Virus record (IMG/VR): IMGVR_UViG_3300047666_000499
Coordinates: 3,493-67,492 of that record
DNA from: a virus
Strand: one strand, 5' to 3'
DNA length: 64,000 nucleotides
This document shows, in pieces, positions 37,901-49,000 of the stretch (positions are counted from its first letter, which is position 1; each line of letters opens with the position of its first letter). The position numbers were made by a program, and so were the translations under genes. The notes under the pieces were generated by a model, which was given only the letters and a program-made list of their open reading frames with translations, searched no databases and was not told the DNA's origin.

Positions 37901-40897
37901 ATGTATAGATTAATTAAGAAATATCAGACTGGGGGGTTGATTGACACGGATGCTATGACGGCTGACGTTAAGAACGATTCTACATTTTTCAAAGATGGCG
38001 CATATACTGCCTCGGGACGTAAGCGCCTTACGGCTATTGTGCAGATCCAAGAAAACCAAGGACAAGGTCTTAGATATAACATTAATGACGATTCCAGTAG
38101 ATTCGAGATAGTAGATCCCACTGGCAAACAAGTAATTGACAGCGAGGGTAGAGGTATAGGGACTGCGGAAAACGCGGGAATATTCTATGGAACAGTTAAT
38201 CGTTACAAGAAATCCAAAAAAGAAGTATCCAAAGCCATCTCTACAGCCGGAAATTACATTATACAGCCAGCTGATACATTAAAACCTAAAGTCGCGACCC
38301 CTCAGAAGTCTGTTGAAACTCCCAACGATCCGGTGGAAACACCAGAATCGTCGAGTGATGCACCTAAGAGTTACGCTTCAGGTAGACTGGGCACACAAGT
38401 TACACCAGCAAGTACATTCCGCGCGAGTGGTTTGAAAGGAGCTACGCCTCATGACCTTTTAGGTACTTGGCAAGGTTTTGGTACAGGTAATGCTGGCGGA
38501 GCGGGAGGTGCAGGAGGCCCTGATGAAGTTCAATTGGATCCTGAGACTGGTCAACCAATACAGGTTGTTCAAGCTTTTGATTACACGATCTCGGAGGATA
38601 TGAAGCCTTGGGAGGAAAAAGTGAACACTAACATCAGTGGGCTACTTACAACTAACTGGAATCACAACATTAAGGACAGTGGTGGTTGGGGTAAGTTTGA
38701 TGAAACTTTCTTAAACGAAAGTCTTGTTCCCTTGAACGAAGTTTTACGTTTAAGAAACATAGGTGAACAAGATTTGAAGTTAGAGAAAAGTCTAGGGCTT
38801 GCGGAAGATCTTACTGACGAGGGCCTGTTGAAGGACATAGAGGGTAAAAAGACTTACCACACAAATGTGTACCGCAACCAGTTGTCTCACAACGTCACAG
38901 ATGCTACAACGTACATCGATGATGAGATAAAACGTCTGCAAGACACATCTTGGGCCAACGATTCTGACAGGCTTGCTGCTATACAGCACTTGCAGAAAAA
39001 CCGTCAGGACATAACAGATCGCTACGACAAGGCCTACGAAGCCGGCAACTCCAAGGGGTTCAGAGAATTCTACGGCGAGGATCTTCCTACACACTACAAT
39101 ACTTACTACGATACGACTAAGAAAGAGATCCACGGATCTTGGGCGTCTTACAATGGTTCTAAGAAGGAGCAGCAAACTATTGTTGATGCTGAAAAATTAG
39201 TAGGCTACCAGAAGGTTTTAACAAGCCAACTGGTCCACGGTACATCTGGTTTTAATGGTAATGGAAACATGCCAGCGGCTCTACTTGAGAATGGCTCTCG
39301 GGTGGATTTGTACATGATTCGTGACGCTATAGACGCAGCTACGACTGACGAGGAGCTTAAAAAGATCTACGTGCCAGTCCTTGTAAAGGGCACTAAGAGC
39401 AGCAACGGATCGGGAGCGGAGTACAAGCTTCAAACAGCGTACAACTTCGTGAACGGCAACCCGTGGTATGTGCATGTGAATTCAGAAACCAATAAGGGTG
39501 ATATCAAGAAGTTCCTTTGGAACTACGGGTACAACTCAGGTAAGAACAGCTATAAAGAGGGAGGAACTTTGAGAGTACCAAAAGCACAATCAGGCATGAA
39601 CCTGAACGTGGGCAGCATACAAGCTATCCAAGAACTGATCAGACAGCAGAAAGCCGGTGAGGTTATAAATCCTCCATCCGCTGGATCATGGTCAGACACA
39701 CCTAACACTGGGCCGTCTAACCCTTATGCTACCGGCACACCAGCTTACAACATTACAAGTCCTACTAGCCCATCACCAGCTTCGGCTTTGGTGGCTAAAC
39801 CAAGGTATAACCCAATAAGTGTAACTTCGACGAGTACAGCGGATTATGCGGGCTCACCTAGACCAGCAGACAGCAGGGTAACAGCAGTTAATGCGGTTGG
39901 GTCACCAAACAGATTCGCGTCAACAGGTACCGGCTCTGTAGGAGTGGGGACACCAGAAAAGACGGATGGGGATCAAATTAGTTTGGAAGGCACTGTCTAC
40001 AGACAGGACGATGATATGCCGGTCAACACAAACAAGATCTCAACAAACGGGCCTATTATCTCCCGTACAGGAATAAACACGCCTATTGGCGAAGTGCAGT
40101 ACAATGACATCCTTCAGTTAGGATTAGCACATAAAGCGTACAAAGAAAAAATTACGGAGATCCAGCCTTTCCAAAAGAAGTTCCAGCCCAAAGGGGCTAG
40201 ACATGTTCTCGCGGCAAGAGATTTGGACGCCGGTACCATAAATAAGGTGCAGAATGACATTGCTACAATGAGAAGCGGTTACCGTGGATCTGACCCAGTG
40301 ATGAGCGCGTTGTCAACTCTTATGACAAACGATCAAAGAGGTGTTGCTAAACGTGACTTCTTAGTTAAGCGTGGAGCTTACAGAAGAGAAGAAGAAGATC
40401 GTGTGGCAAACCAAATGGAAGAAAGAAGAGTACAATTATCAGCAGACACACAAGGTCAGCATATCACAAACGAAGAGAATCGATTCTTACGCTACCAAGG
40501 AGACTTGCAAGCGGCATCAGAAGAGAAACGTCGTAAAGATGAGTGGAGAGCTAACCTTGGGTCAACAGGCGCTGCCGTTCAGAGTAGATGGAATGGTGAA
40601 GCTGCGGCTGATAAACAATATAGAACTGGTCTTGTAGTGCAGGAACACCAACAAAAGGTGAACCAAGCTCAATCGGCCTACCAGATGGCTAAGAACTATT
40701 TGACGGATTACCAAGGTAATGGTCAAGCAGGAGTTTACGGTCAGGTAGATCCAACTGAGTTACAGTCTGCACAGCAAGCCGTACAGGATGCTTACAAGGC
40801 ATTAAACGAAATACAGACCACAAATATTTCCGACGCAGGGGCTGAGGCCGACAAGATAAATGCAGGAAGATCTATTATGAGGTGGCGGAGAGGATAA
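37901..40897 (+). CDS. Ejected cargo protein
   Basis: 998 aa; KKYQTGGLI and SYKEGGTL motifs; C-terminal coiled coil; precedes the RNAP block. Confidence 0.55.
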   Translation: MYRLIKKYQTGGLIDTDAMTADVKNDSTFFKDGAYTASGRKRLTAIVQIQENQGQGLRYNINDDSSRFEIVDPTGKQVIDSEGRGIGTAENAGIFYGTVNRYKKSKKEVSKAISTAGNYIIQPADTLKPKVATPQKSVETPNDPVETPESSSDAPKSYASGRLGTQVTPASTFRASGLKGATPHDLLGTWQGFGTGNAGGAGGAGGPDEVQLDPETGQPIQVVQAFDYTISEDMKPWEEKVNTNISGLLTTNWNHNIKDSGGWGKFDETFLNESLVPLNEVLRLRNIGEQDLKLEKSLGLAEDLTDEGLLKDIEGKKTYHTNVYRNQLSHNVTDATTYIDDEIKRLQDTSWANDSDRLAAIQHLQKNRQDITDRYDKAYEAGNSKGFREFYGEDLPTHYNTYYDTTKKEIHGSWASYNGSKKEQQTIVDAEKLVGYQKVLTSQLVHGTSGFNGNGNMPAALLENGSRVDLYMIRDAIDAATTDEELKKIYVPVLVKGTKSSNGSGAEYKLQTAYNFVNGNPWYVHVNSETNKGDIKKFLWNYGYNSGKNSYKEGGTLRVPKAQSGMNLNVGSIQAIQELIRQQKAGEVINPPSAGSWSDTPNTGPSNPYATGTPAYNITSPTSPSPASALVAKPRYNPISVTSTSTADYAGSPRPADSRVTAVNAVGSPNRFASTGTGSVGVGTPEKTDGDQISLEGTVYRQDDDMPVNTNKISTNGPIISRTGINTPIGEVQYNDILQLGLAHKAYKEKITEIQPFQKKFQPKGARHVLAARDLDAGTINKVQNDIATMRSGYRGSDPVMSALSTLMTNDQRGVAKRDFLVKRGAYRREEEDRVANQMEERRVQLSADTQGQHITNEENRFLRYQGDLQAASEEKRRKDEWRANLGSTGAAVQSRWNGEAAADKQYRTGLVVQEHQQKVNQAQSAYQMAKNYLTDYQGNGQAGVYGQVDPTELQSAQQAVQDAYKALNEIQTTNISDAGAEADKINAGRSIMRWRRG

Positions 40898-40927
40898 TTG
40901 ATTGTTGATTGTTGTTTACCCCGTGAG

Positions 40928-40958
40928 AACCCGTTTGCTTGATTGCGATCGGGTTTTT
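40928..40958 (+). terminator. Intrinsic terminator
   Basis: AACCCGTTTGC-TTGATT-GCGATCGGGTT followed by TTT. Confidence 0.65.
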
Positions 40959-40960
40959 AC

Positions 40961-40991
40961 ATTAATACTCTAGATTATTTTCTTATTATTA
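40961..40991 (+). promoter_or_regulatory. Putative promoter ATTA-N19-TATTATTA
   Basis: Variant of the recurrent motif after the terminator. Confidence 0.45.
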
Positions 40992-41012
40992 CACTATCAA
41001 AATTTTTGAAAT

Positions 41013-43049
41013 ATGCCAATTTTATATACTCCCAGCAGATTAAAGGCTTCCCGAATTGTCAAGAGACAGGACGGAGGTGTCATTCCAGTATACGGAACCT
41101 ACCAAGTGCAACACGCGCAGCAAGCCCCTTATAACCCAGCTGGGTTGTTAGCGAAGTATCAAACCCCACAAGCTGCACCGGGCGCAAAAGCTGCACCTGA
41201 GCCAGCGGAGTGGAGGAATGAGAATGAGATTGAGGGCCTAATTGGTGACTCTTCTAACTACATGGCCGAGCTTGAGCAGATCGAGGGAACTATAAGACAA
41301 GGTTTGTCTCGTAACCCAGACTTCTTCAACACAGAGTACGGCGCGGCGATCAAGAGTAAGTATGACCATTGGACTACCCACGAGTTGCACACTCTCAAAA
41401 AGAATGAGGAGCTCTACAAGGATGCTGTTTCTTCTATGAAGGAGAACAAATCAGATGAGAACTGGGTGTACGACAACGGCAAGGGCTATGTGTACCGCTA
41501 CGGCCAAGAAGGTAAGCTGGAAATTGAGGCTATGTCTCCATTGCAGCTGAAGGACGAGGTTGATGACGCGGGCAGACCAAAGTGGGAGCGACTTACTTAC
41601 GGTGAATTGGCTAAATTTCGTAGTAACTACGACTCAGATTCCTTTATAAAGAACCCTTATTTGGCCCAACTAATCGGAGACGGTATTGGTATGGCCAAGG
41701 TTCGTAAGGACTATGTGGAAAACGCATTCAACAGTATTGGGTACAACGCCCAAGACAACACTATCGAGACCGGTGGTCAAGTCATAGATGGCGAGACTAT
41801 CGAGAAAATGATGAGAGGTGACGCTAGTAAATCTAACGAACGCCAGCTTATAAACGCGGTGAACAGTCTTAAACGAGAAATAAAACACACACCAGCTTGG
41901 AACACTTTAGAGTCTGAAGCTTGGCAAGATCCGTCGGTGAACACAGCTGAGGATGCTTCAAAGTGGATCGATAATTACTTCTTAGATGTTATGTATTCTA
42001 AGCTTATCGGTGAGGAGTCTTACAAGCGCGCGGACATTTTGGATCGTGATGCTATTGACCCTTTAACTGGGGAGGGAGGGCCAGCCATAAAGCTAAAGGA
42101 ACTAAGCGAGTACAACTTTGCCCCGTTGGGTATAGGTACAGAAGTCGATTTCAAACTTGAAGCATGGCTAGGTAAAGTAAATGGACAGTACAAGACTTCT
42201 ACACAAAAGATTAAAGCTGTGGAAGCCAAGTATGTTTCTTCAGATATAAACGCGGCTATCAAGAAGGAGGACAAATCTAAGTTCCACGATGACCACCAAG
42301 TTAAGTTCAAGTCTTTCAACAAGCTCGGGTCGAGTCTGGGGAAACTGGCTGTGATGTCGGAGGCTCAACTTGCTTCTGGTAAAAAACTGAGTGAAACAAC
42401 GATTGCGTTCGAGAAGACCAGTGTACCAGCTGATGAGGCCATGGTAGTTTTCGAGGGTTCAGCTCATGTTGTTACAGCCTATGTTAACAAAGGGAATGGC
42501 GAGATTGTGCAATTGAAAGATCAGGACAAGTACAACAAGGAGGTAGAAAAACTCACAGGGCAATACAACAGCGGTTCAACATACCAAGAGTTTGCCGTAA
42601 AAGACAGCGATGTCGCGGAGCAAAAGTATATAGCTCTTGCCAACGCAATCTGGGACAAGCACTACGGTGACTTAGCAGAGAAGATCGAGAAGAGGCAGTT
42701 TTACACAGTCGAGGCAGTATTCCCTGCTATGAACTCTGAGAAAGATTATGTTTCCAGTTCGTCTTATCTAAACAACTTGCCTAAGCAAACGGTTTCCTTG
42801 GGCCAGCAGAACTCTTACTACTACAGTGATCAGTTCAAATCCAACATGGATTTCGATTTAAGTTTCAATAGAACAAACATATTTATACCAGTGGATCATG
42901 CTATGTACGCACAGGCCGCCGGAGCCAACGTTTACACTCAGGACGAAAATGTTAGAGATGTGAATATTATCAAAAACCTACAAGGTGCATCTAGTGTGGC
43001 AACACGAGCGGAACTGCAACAAGCAATTAACAAAAACTTTACACAATAG
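41013..43049 (+). CDS. Ejected cargo protein (RNAP-block associated)
   Basis: KRQDGGVI near the N-terminus; LTYGEL...R and GIGM motifs; synteny. Confidence 0.55.
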   Translation: MPILYTPSRLKASRIVKRQDGGVIPVYGTYQVQHAQQAPYNPAGLLAKYQTPQAAPGAKAAPEPAEWRNENEIEGLIGDSSNYMAELEQIEGTIRQGLSRNPDFFNTEYGAAIKSKYDHWTTHELHTLKKNEELYKDAVSSMKENKSDENWVYDNGKGYVYRYGQEGKLEIEAMSPLQLKDEVDDAGRPKWERLTYGELAKFRSNYDSDSFIKNPYLAQLIGDGIGMAKVRKDYVENAFNSIGYNAQDNTIETGGQVIDGETIEKMMRGDASKSNERQLINAVNSLKREIKHTPAWNTLESEAWQDPSVNTAEDASKWIDNYFLDVMYSKLIGEESYKRADILDRDAIDPLTGEGGPAIKLKELSEYNFAPLGIGTEVDFKLEAWLGKVNGQYKTSTQKIKAVEAKYVSSDINAAIKKEDKSKFHDDHQVKFKSFNKLGSSLGKLAVMSEAQLASGKKLSETTIAFEKTSVPADEAMVVFEGSAHVVTAYVNKGNGEIVQLKDQDKYNKEVEKLTGQYNSGSTYQEFAVKDSDVAEQKYIALANAIWDKHYGDLAEKIEKRQFYTVEAVFPAMNSEKDYVSSSSYLNNLPKQTVSLGQQNSYYYSDQFKSNMDFDLSFNRTNIFIPVDHAMYAQAAGANVYTQDENVRDVNIIKNLQGASSVATRAELQQAINKNFTQ

Positions 43050-43051
43050 TA

Positions 43052-46000
43052 ATGGCCGAAACAACTACAACTAAGGAGAGACCATTGTATGGTTCAGACC
43101 CAGACGCAACAAACGTTGACTGGTTCAAAGCTCGTAAAGACGGAACAATCCAAGGTTCGGATTACAAGGACATTTTCACTCAGATGGGTGGACAAAAAAC
43201 TGAACTTAAGACGTCTGCGGAATACTGGAATGACACTGGTCTTCGTACACAGTATGAAGAGCAGTATGGTGACAAGGCCAAAGAAGTCTTTGACAAGGAG
43301 TACACTGTTACGGCTGCTGACTTTCAGCAGTTCAACCAGTTTGATCACGGTATAAAGCAGTTTGCTACAAACCAAAGGAGACAATCGGCTAACGTAGTAG
43401 GAGGAGAATCTTGGGGTTACGATCCTGAGAATTTGAAGACTATGAGTCCTTCATTTGAAGAGCGTTATATGCGTTCAGACGGTGCTATGGATCAGGGTCT
43501 TGGTATGTCCGAGGCTGACAGAGATCCGAGAGAACTAGCTATGGAGTCCAGAAAGTTTCAGTCTTACGATGGTTCTATTCGTGACATGCCTACTTGGGAT
43601 GAAGTTCACGCCCAGTCAAACGGTACCGATTACGCGGAGGATTACCTTTCTTGGGGAGACTCATGGGGTAACAATGCCATGGCGTTCAATAATAATTACA
43701 CAGACGACAAAGGAAACCACATCACAGGATTTGGTTATCCACCGGAAATGCTCCAAGGAGACTACCGTGGGCCTCGTTACATCAAGGCTTTGTACGAAGG
43801 AGGTTACAGAGATTCTTTAGACTACGAAATAGTTAGTAAGTTTGATTATGCTGGTTTCACCAGTATGGATCGTAATGCAGGTTGGACATCTTTTGTTCCT
43901 CGTGTATTGGCTAACGGTATTACAAACATGTACAAAGGTGTTGGTACTCTAGCGGCAGCAGGATCTGCTATGTTAGGATGGAACGACTCAAAAGAATGGG
44001 TTGAAGATCACTGGTTGATGGGGGCTAATTCAGCCAAAGTTTCTGAGTACCTTAGTACACAGGAGAACGGTCTAGCGTCTTGGGATGGGGCTATGGGGTT
44101 CGTCGGAGACACACTTATGCAATTATTTGTGGGTGCTGGTATCGGTAAGGCCGGTGCAGCTAGTTCCACAGTGTTAGGTGCTGGTGTTAAGATGTCCGGC
44201 AAAGTAGGTAAATACTCATCTTTGATGGCTATGACAGCATACGGGGCGGCTGATTCTTATGACAGTGCTCTAAGAGCGGGTTATACAGACAAGCAAGCTG
44301 GTGTATTCTACATGACCAATATGGCGGCATTATTCGCTGTGAACAAACGATTTAACGTGTTGGAGGACGCTTTTGCGACTAACAAGATGATGAAAGAGTC
44401 TAGCAAGCTATGGACTAAAAATATGGCATACGCTGCCCCGGCCCTTAAGAAGGCTGTTGCTGCTGGGGACGATAAAGCGGCTCAGACCATCATGAAAACG
44501 TATACACAAAAGATGTATAACGGCCTTTCAAAAGTGGCTACAAAAATTAAGAAATTAGAGGGATACCCTAAAGCTATGCTTACTGAAGCGGCTGAAGAGA
44601 TTGCAGAAACAGTATCACAGAAGACTTTAGAACAGGCTTTCAACGCTACAACTGCAATGGGTATCACAGACGGTAACTTCAAGTCTATGTACGATGAAGG
44701 CTACTGGGAAGAATATGGGCAGGAGTTGTTACTATCTGCTGCTGGTGGTGCTCTAGGTGGGGCATTCGCTAAGACGTTCTACCACAAAAGAGATGACGGC
44801 AAGAAGCGTGAGTTCCTTGACATGGTGATGGATGATGACGGGTCTATGTTAGACCAGTTGGATGAGTTACACAAATCAGGGGCTTTAGGTTCTTTCGTTG
44901 ATTCCACTGAGTGGGACGCTGATGAAAAGAGATACAAAACTATGGTAGAGGCAGGCGAAACCGCTATGTCTATGGCTGACGCTAACAAGCAAGTTTTACA
45001 ACAAGAGTACGCTTACGTAAAGGGTATTGTTGACACATTAGGGTCAAAAGATGCTGTGAAAAACATGACTGAGAAGCACCCGGGATTAGCGAGTGCTATC
45101 AACAACATGCAAGTAGTAAACGACGTCAAAGCGCTTACGAAGCAATACACCGACTTGCACGGGGAACATGAGAACATGGCCACAGAAGCTATACCTAGAA
45201 CTCCGGAAGATATGGAGGAAGGTAGTGAGGAAGAGGCTAAGTTCATCAAGAAGGAATCAGATAACTCTGGTTTAACTCCTGAAGTTACTAAGCAAGTAGC
45301 AGATATAAAGGCCAAGATTGACGACATATCATCTGGTAAATCTGCGGAGAAATACTTCATGAAAGCCGCTGCCCGTGGCACTTTGTTTGACACAGAGAGC
45401 GACTTGGGTCGTGCTTACGCGGAATACGGTGACGATTTCTTACACGAGCTGATGAAGGTGAGTGGGGAATCATCTGTTGATGTAGAAGAGAAATCAAAGA
45501 AGAACCTTGAGAGAATAGGGGAAAGCGGTAAAGTGCTTGCTTCTTTGGAGAAGGATCTCAGCAACATCGACGAAGTAGCCGACAAGCTTATGTCTGGTGA
45601 TCGTATGTACATCTCAGACCAAGTAAAAGAGAAAATAGAGAAGTTGTACGAGGAACAAAAGGTCCCAAACGACAAGCTCTCGGAGCTTCAAAAGAAGATA
45701 CAGGAGCAAGTGGTTGCTGATGGTAAGTATGAACTGTCTACGATCGTTAGCTCAGAGGAGTTTAAGGCTCTACGTAAGACCAACCCCGAGAAGGCAGACA
45801 AATACGCAGCATTCCTATCGTCGTTCTTGAAGACCAAGTTCGATGAGAAGCTTAACGCGGTTAAGACTATGGATGATATCCGTAACCTTGACTTTGAGTC
45901 TAACATATCTTTGGAGGACATCTTATATACAATACAAGAGCAAGAATTCGATTTCTCCTTGGAATCAATGACAGGTGGGGAACAAGACATCCACGGTCAC

Positions 46001-49000
46001 TTTGATGCTAAGACAGAGGAAGAATTAGTAGTTATAGGTGAAAAACTAGGGAAGATCTTCGCTCAAAACGAGGATGCTTACAAGTTTGATATCGGGTCGG
46101 AGTCTTTCTCTAACCTTACAACTTCTGAATTTAGCGAGCATGTTGCAGATCTAATGAAGAACTTCAACAAACTTTCTGAGCTGTATGACCTGTCTAAGAA
46201 TGCACCTACTGAAGAGGAAGTGGCATTTGACAGAACAAAGGCTGATTTCTTGTTGAACGGGTTTGCCCAAGACGAGCATGCTGGCCTTATGGACAGTGGT
46301 AATCTAGGGAACCAGATGGCTGCTATACTCTATCAAATCGAGAAACAAAAGCTTAGTGATGATGACGACTTTGGTACGTACAACAATTCAGATGAGCCTG
46401 AGAACATTCTTAAGCAAGCTGAGGCCCGTGCCAAACAAATTGACATGCTGTTGTTCGCCTTAAGAGTGGACAATAAAGACGGTGGTGTTTCTTACAACCC
46501 TCTAGTAGAGCAATCAGGAGCAGCAGATATCGCTGCTCTTAGAGTAAGACAAGAACGTATTAATTCAAAACCGAAAGCGAAATCGAGGGACATTATTCTT
46601 GGTGCTGTTACTGCGGCCGAAACATCTGGAACACATTCTGAGTTCTTTAACAAAATGGGGTTAAACCCGGTTATGTGGAGAGACTTGAATTCTCGTAAAG
46701 ATGAGTTGAGCGCAGAAGAGGTGGAAATGCACAAGGAGTACAGTGACACCTTGGGTAACGTTATTGAAGCTAAAGTTGCTCTAGAAGGTATCGTAACAGA
46801 CGCTAAGAAAGCGATCAGCATTGCGAAACACAACCAAGATTCAAAGAACATTGTTAACAACCAACGTGAGGCTATATCTGCGAACATCAAGCATGAAGCT
46901 GACATCTTGGACAAAGTTATCAACCACGCTGATATGGAGGATGTAGAGGAATTAGAATTCTTCCACACTCACAACTTCAACGATAGTTCAGATGCTGGTG
47001 TGGTGAAATCTTTCAACGTCCTATTGGACGCTAAGAGGCTCATATACTCAGCTTTAAAAGATAAAGACGACAAAATAGAAGAGATATTAGACGCCCTGTT
47101 TGCTAACCTGAATGGTATTGCGAACGGCCGCCGTGTAGCTAATGATGTTTCCAGAGCGGCAACTATGCTTACTTTTGACGAGGCATCATTCTACGCTAGA
47201 TACAAATCAATATTAGCTGACTTCGACCTAGGTGGTTCACCTACAGTGGAGCAGGAACAAGTTGGTTTGTCTATCATGTCTCACATGATGGGTAACGGAT
47301 CCAACGTTGTGAACGACGTGCTGGGAGCGAATGTTACTAACACAGTGGTTATCAATGGCCGTCAAGGTACGGGTAAATCAACATTCGCCTTAGGGGTGGG
47401 TGTGGCTAGTGGTCAGGCCGAACAAATCGAAAAGTTCGGCGAGGACAAGTCTCGAGTTCTGCTTTCAGCAAACACACCGAAGCAAGTTTCCACGTTAGTG
47501 AAGACAGCCGAGAAGTTTGGTATCAACATAAAGAGATTTGGGACTGCAAACGGGTTAACTTCTGTTAGGGAGTCTGACTCTTCTATGCAGAGACCACTGG
47601 ATCTTATACAGAAACTAGAGGAGAATAAAGACATTGATGATGTGAGTACAATCGTATTCGATGAGGCATCATTTATACAATATGAAGGCTCTGAGCCATC
47701 TGACTTGAAACGTATCATGGATGCGATCAGTAAGATAAACAAGGGCAGAGACGGTATCAACACGCCTAAAATGAGCCTAGTGCTTATGGGGGACAGCGGG
47801 CAAAACGGCCACCGTGATGCAGATGGGGCTGTTAGTAACATCTTCGTGGAAGATCGTGTATACGGACCGAGAGAATTAACTTTGAGCCATAGAGCCAAGG
47901 TTTTGGCTATTACAGACGCTACTGCGCAGATTGAGAAGGACAGACGTAATTTGAAGATCAAGACGGAGTGGGGGACAGCTGATGAGGTTTCCAAGGGTCT
48001 CTTGGCGGGTGTACGAGTTAGACCGACTTCGGACAACGTGTTTGATGACAACGATTTGGTTAGCAACATTCGCCAGCAAATCGAAGAAAGAATAGGGTTA
48101 CCTAACACAGATCCTTTTGAGGTGGGTGTTATATTGCCAGCTGGTGAGGTTATGCCAACAGGTAGTTTGATGGAAGTGCTAAGAGTACAATACCCAGATA
48201 ACTTCCGTGTGACTGACCACGTTGACGTACAAGGTGATGAGTTCGACTATGTTATCGCAAGAATGACAGCCAACGAGATTGGTGAGAGCGCAGAACAGTA
48301 CGGGGCTAAACAGCACCTTATGGTAGCTGCTGCTAACAAACTGTCCACAACTATAGGTCGTGGGAGATACTTTATTACACTTATCAACGACACACAGCGT
48401 CCTCTATCTAGCGATGGCCCTACGAAGATAACAATCGTGGAGTCAGCTATGAACGAGATCGTAGCGGCACAGGTGCTTGAACTTAAGATGGAAATGTTAG
48501 GTTTGGAAGCTAAGCCAGTTGACAAAGAGGTGTTAGAGAAGACTGATAAAGAATTAGAACGTAAAGCCCGCGTTGACCAAGACGAGGTTGACGAGGTTGC
48601 CAAGCGTGTTGAAGAAGACAAAGACAGAAACATTATCCTTAAAGAGGAAGAAGGTGACGCCGTGAATATCGAAAACGTTCGAGTGGCCGGTTTGTACGAG
48701 CTGTTGCTGTTCAACCACAAGGACAAAGTGCATGAGTTTCAAACGGCAGAAGAGCAATCTGAGTACATAAACCGTATGGCTCCTGTGGACAACCCAGAGC
48801 AGGCAAAAGGGATCAACGAATTAGCTGATGCAAAATTGGCATTGTTAGATTCTCAGGATTACGCTACTTTGGTTGCGGCCACTATGAAGTATGAGGACTC
48901 TGATAATGCGGAATTTAACGATGACGTCATCAGCTCTGTTCAGCAGACTATAGACACCCACTTTGAGGGTGTTCCAGTGGGGACAGACATTACTGAAGCT

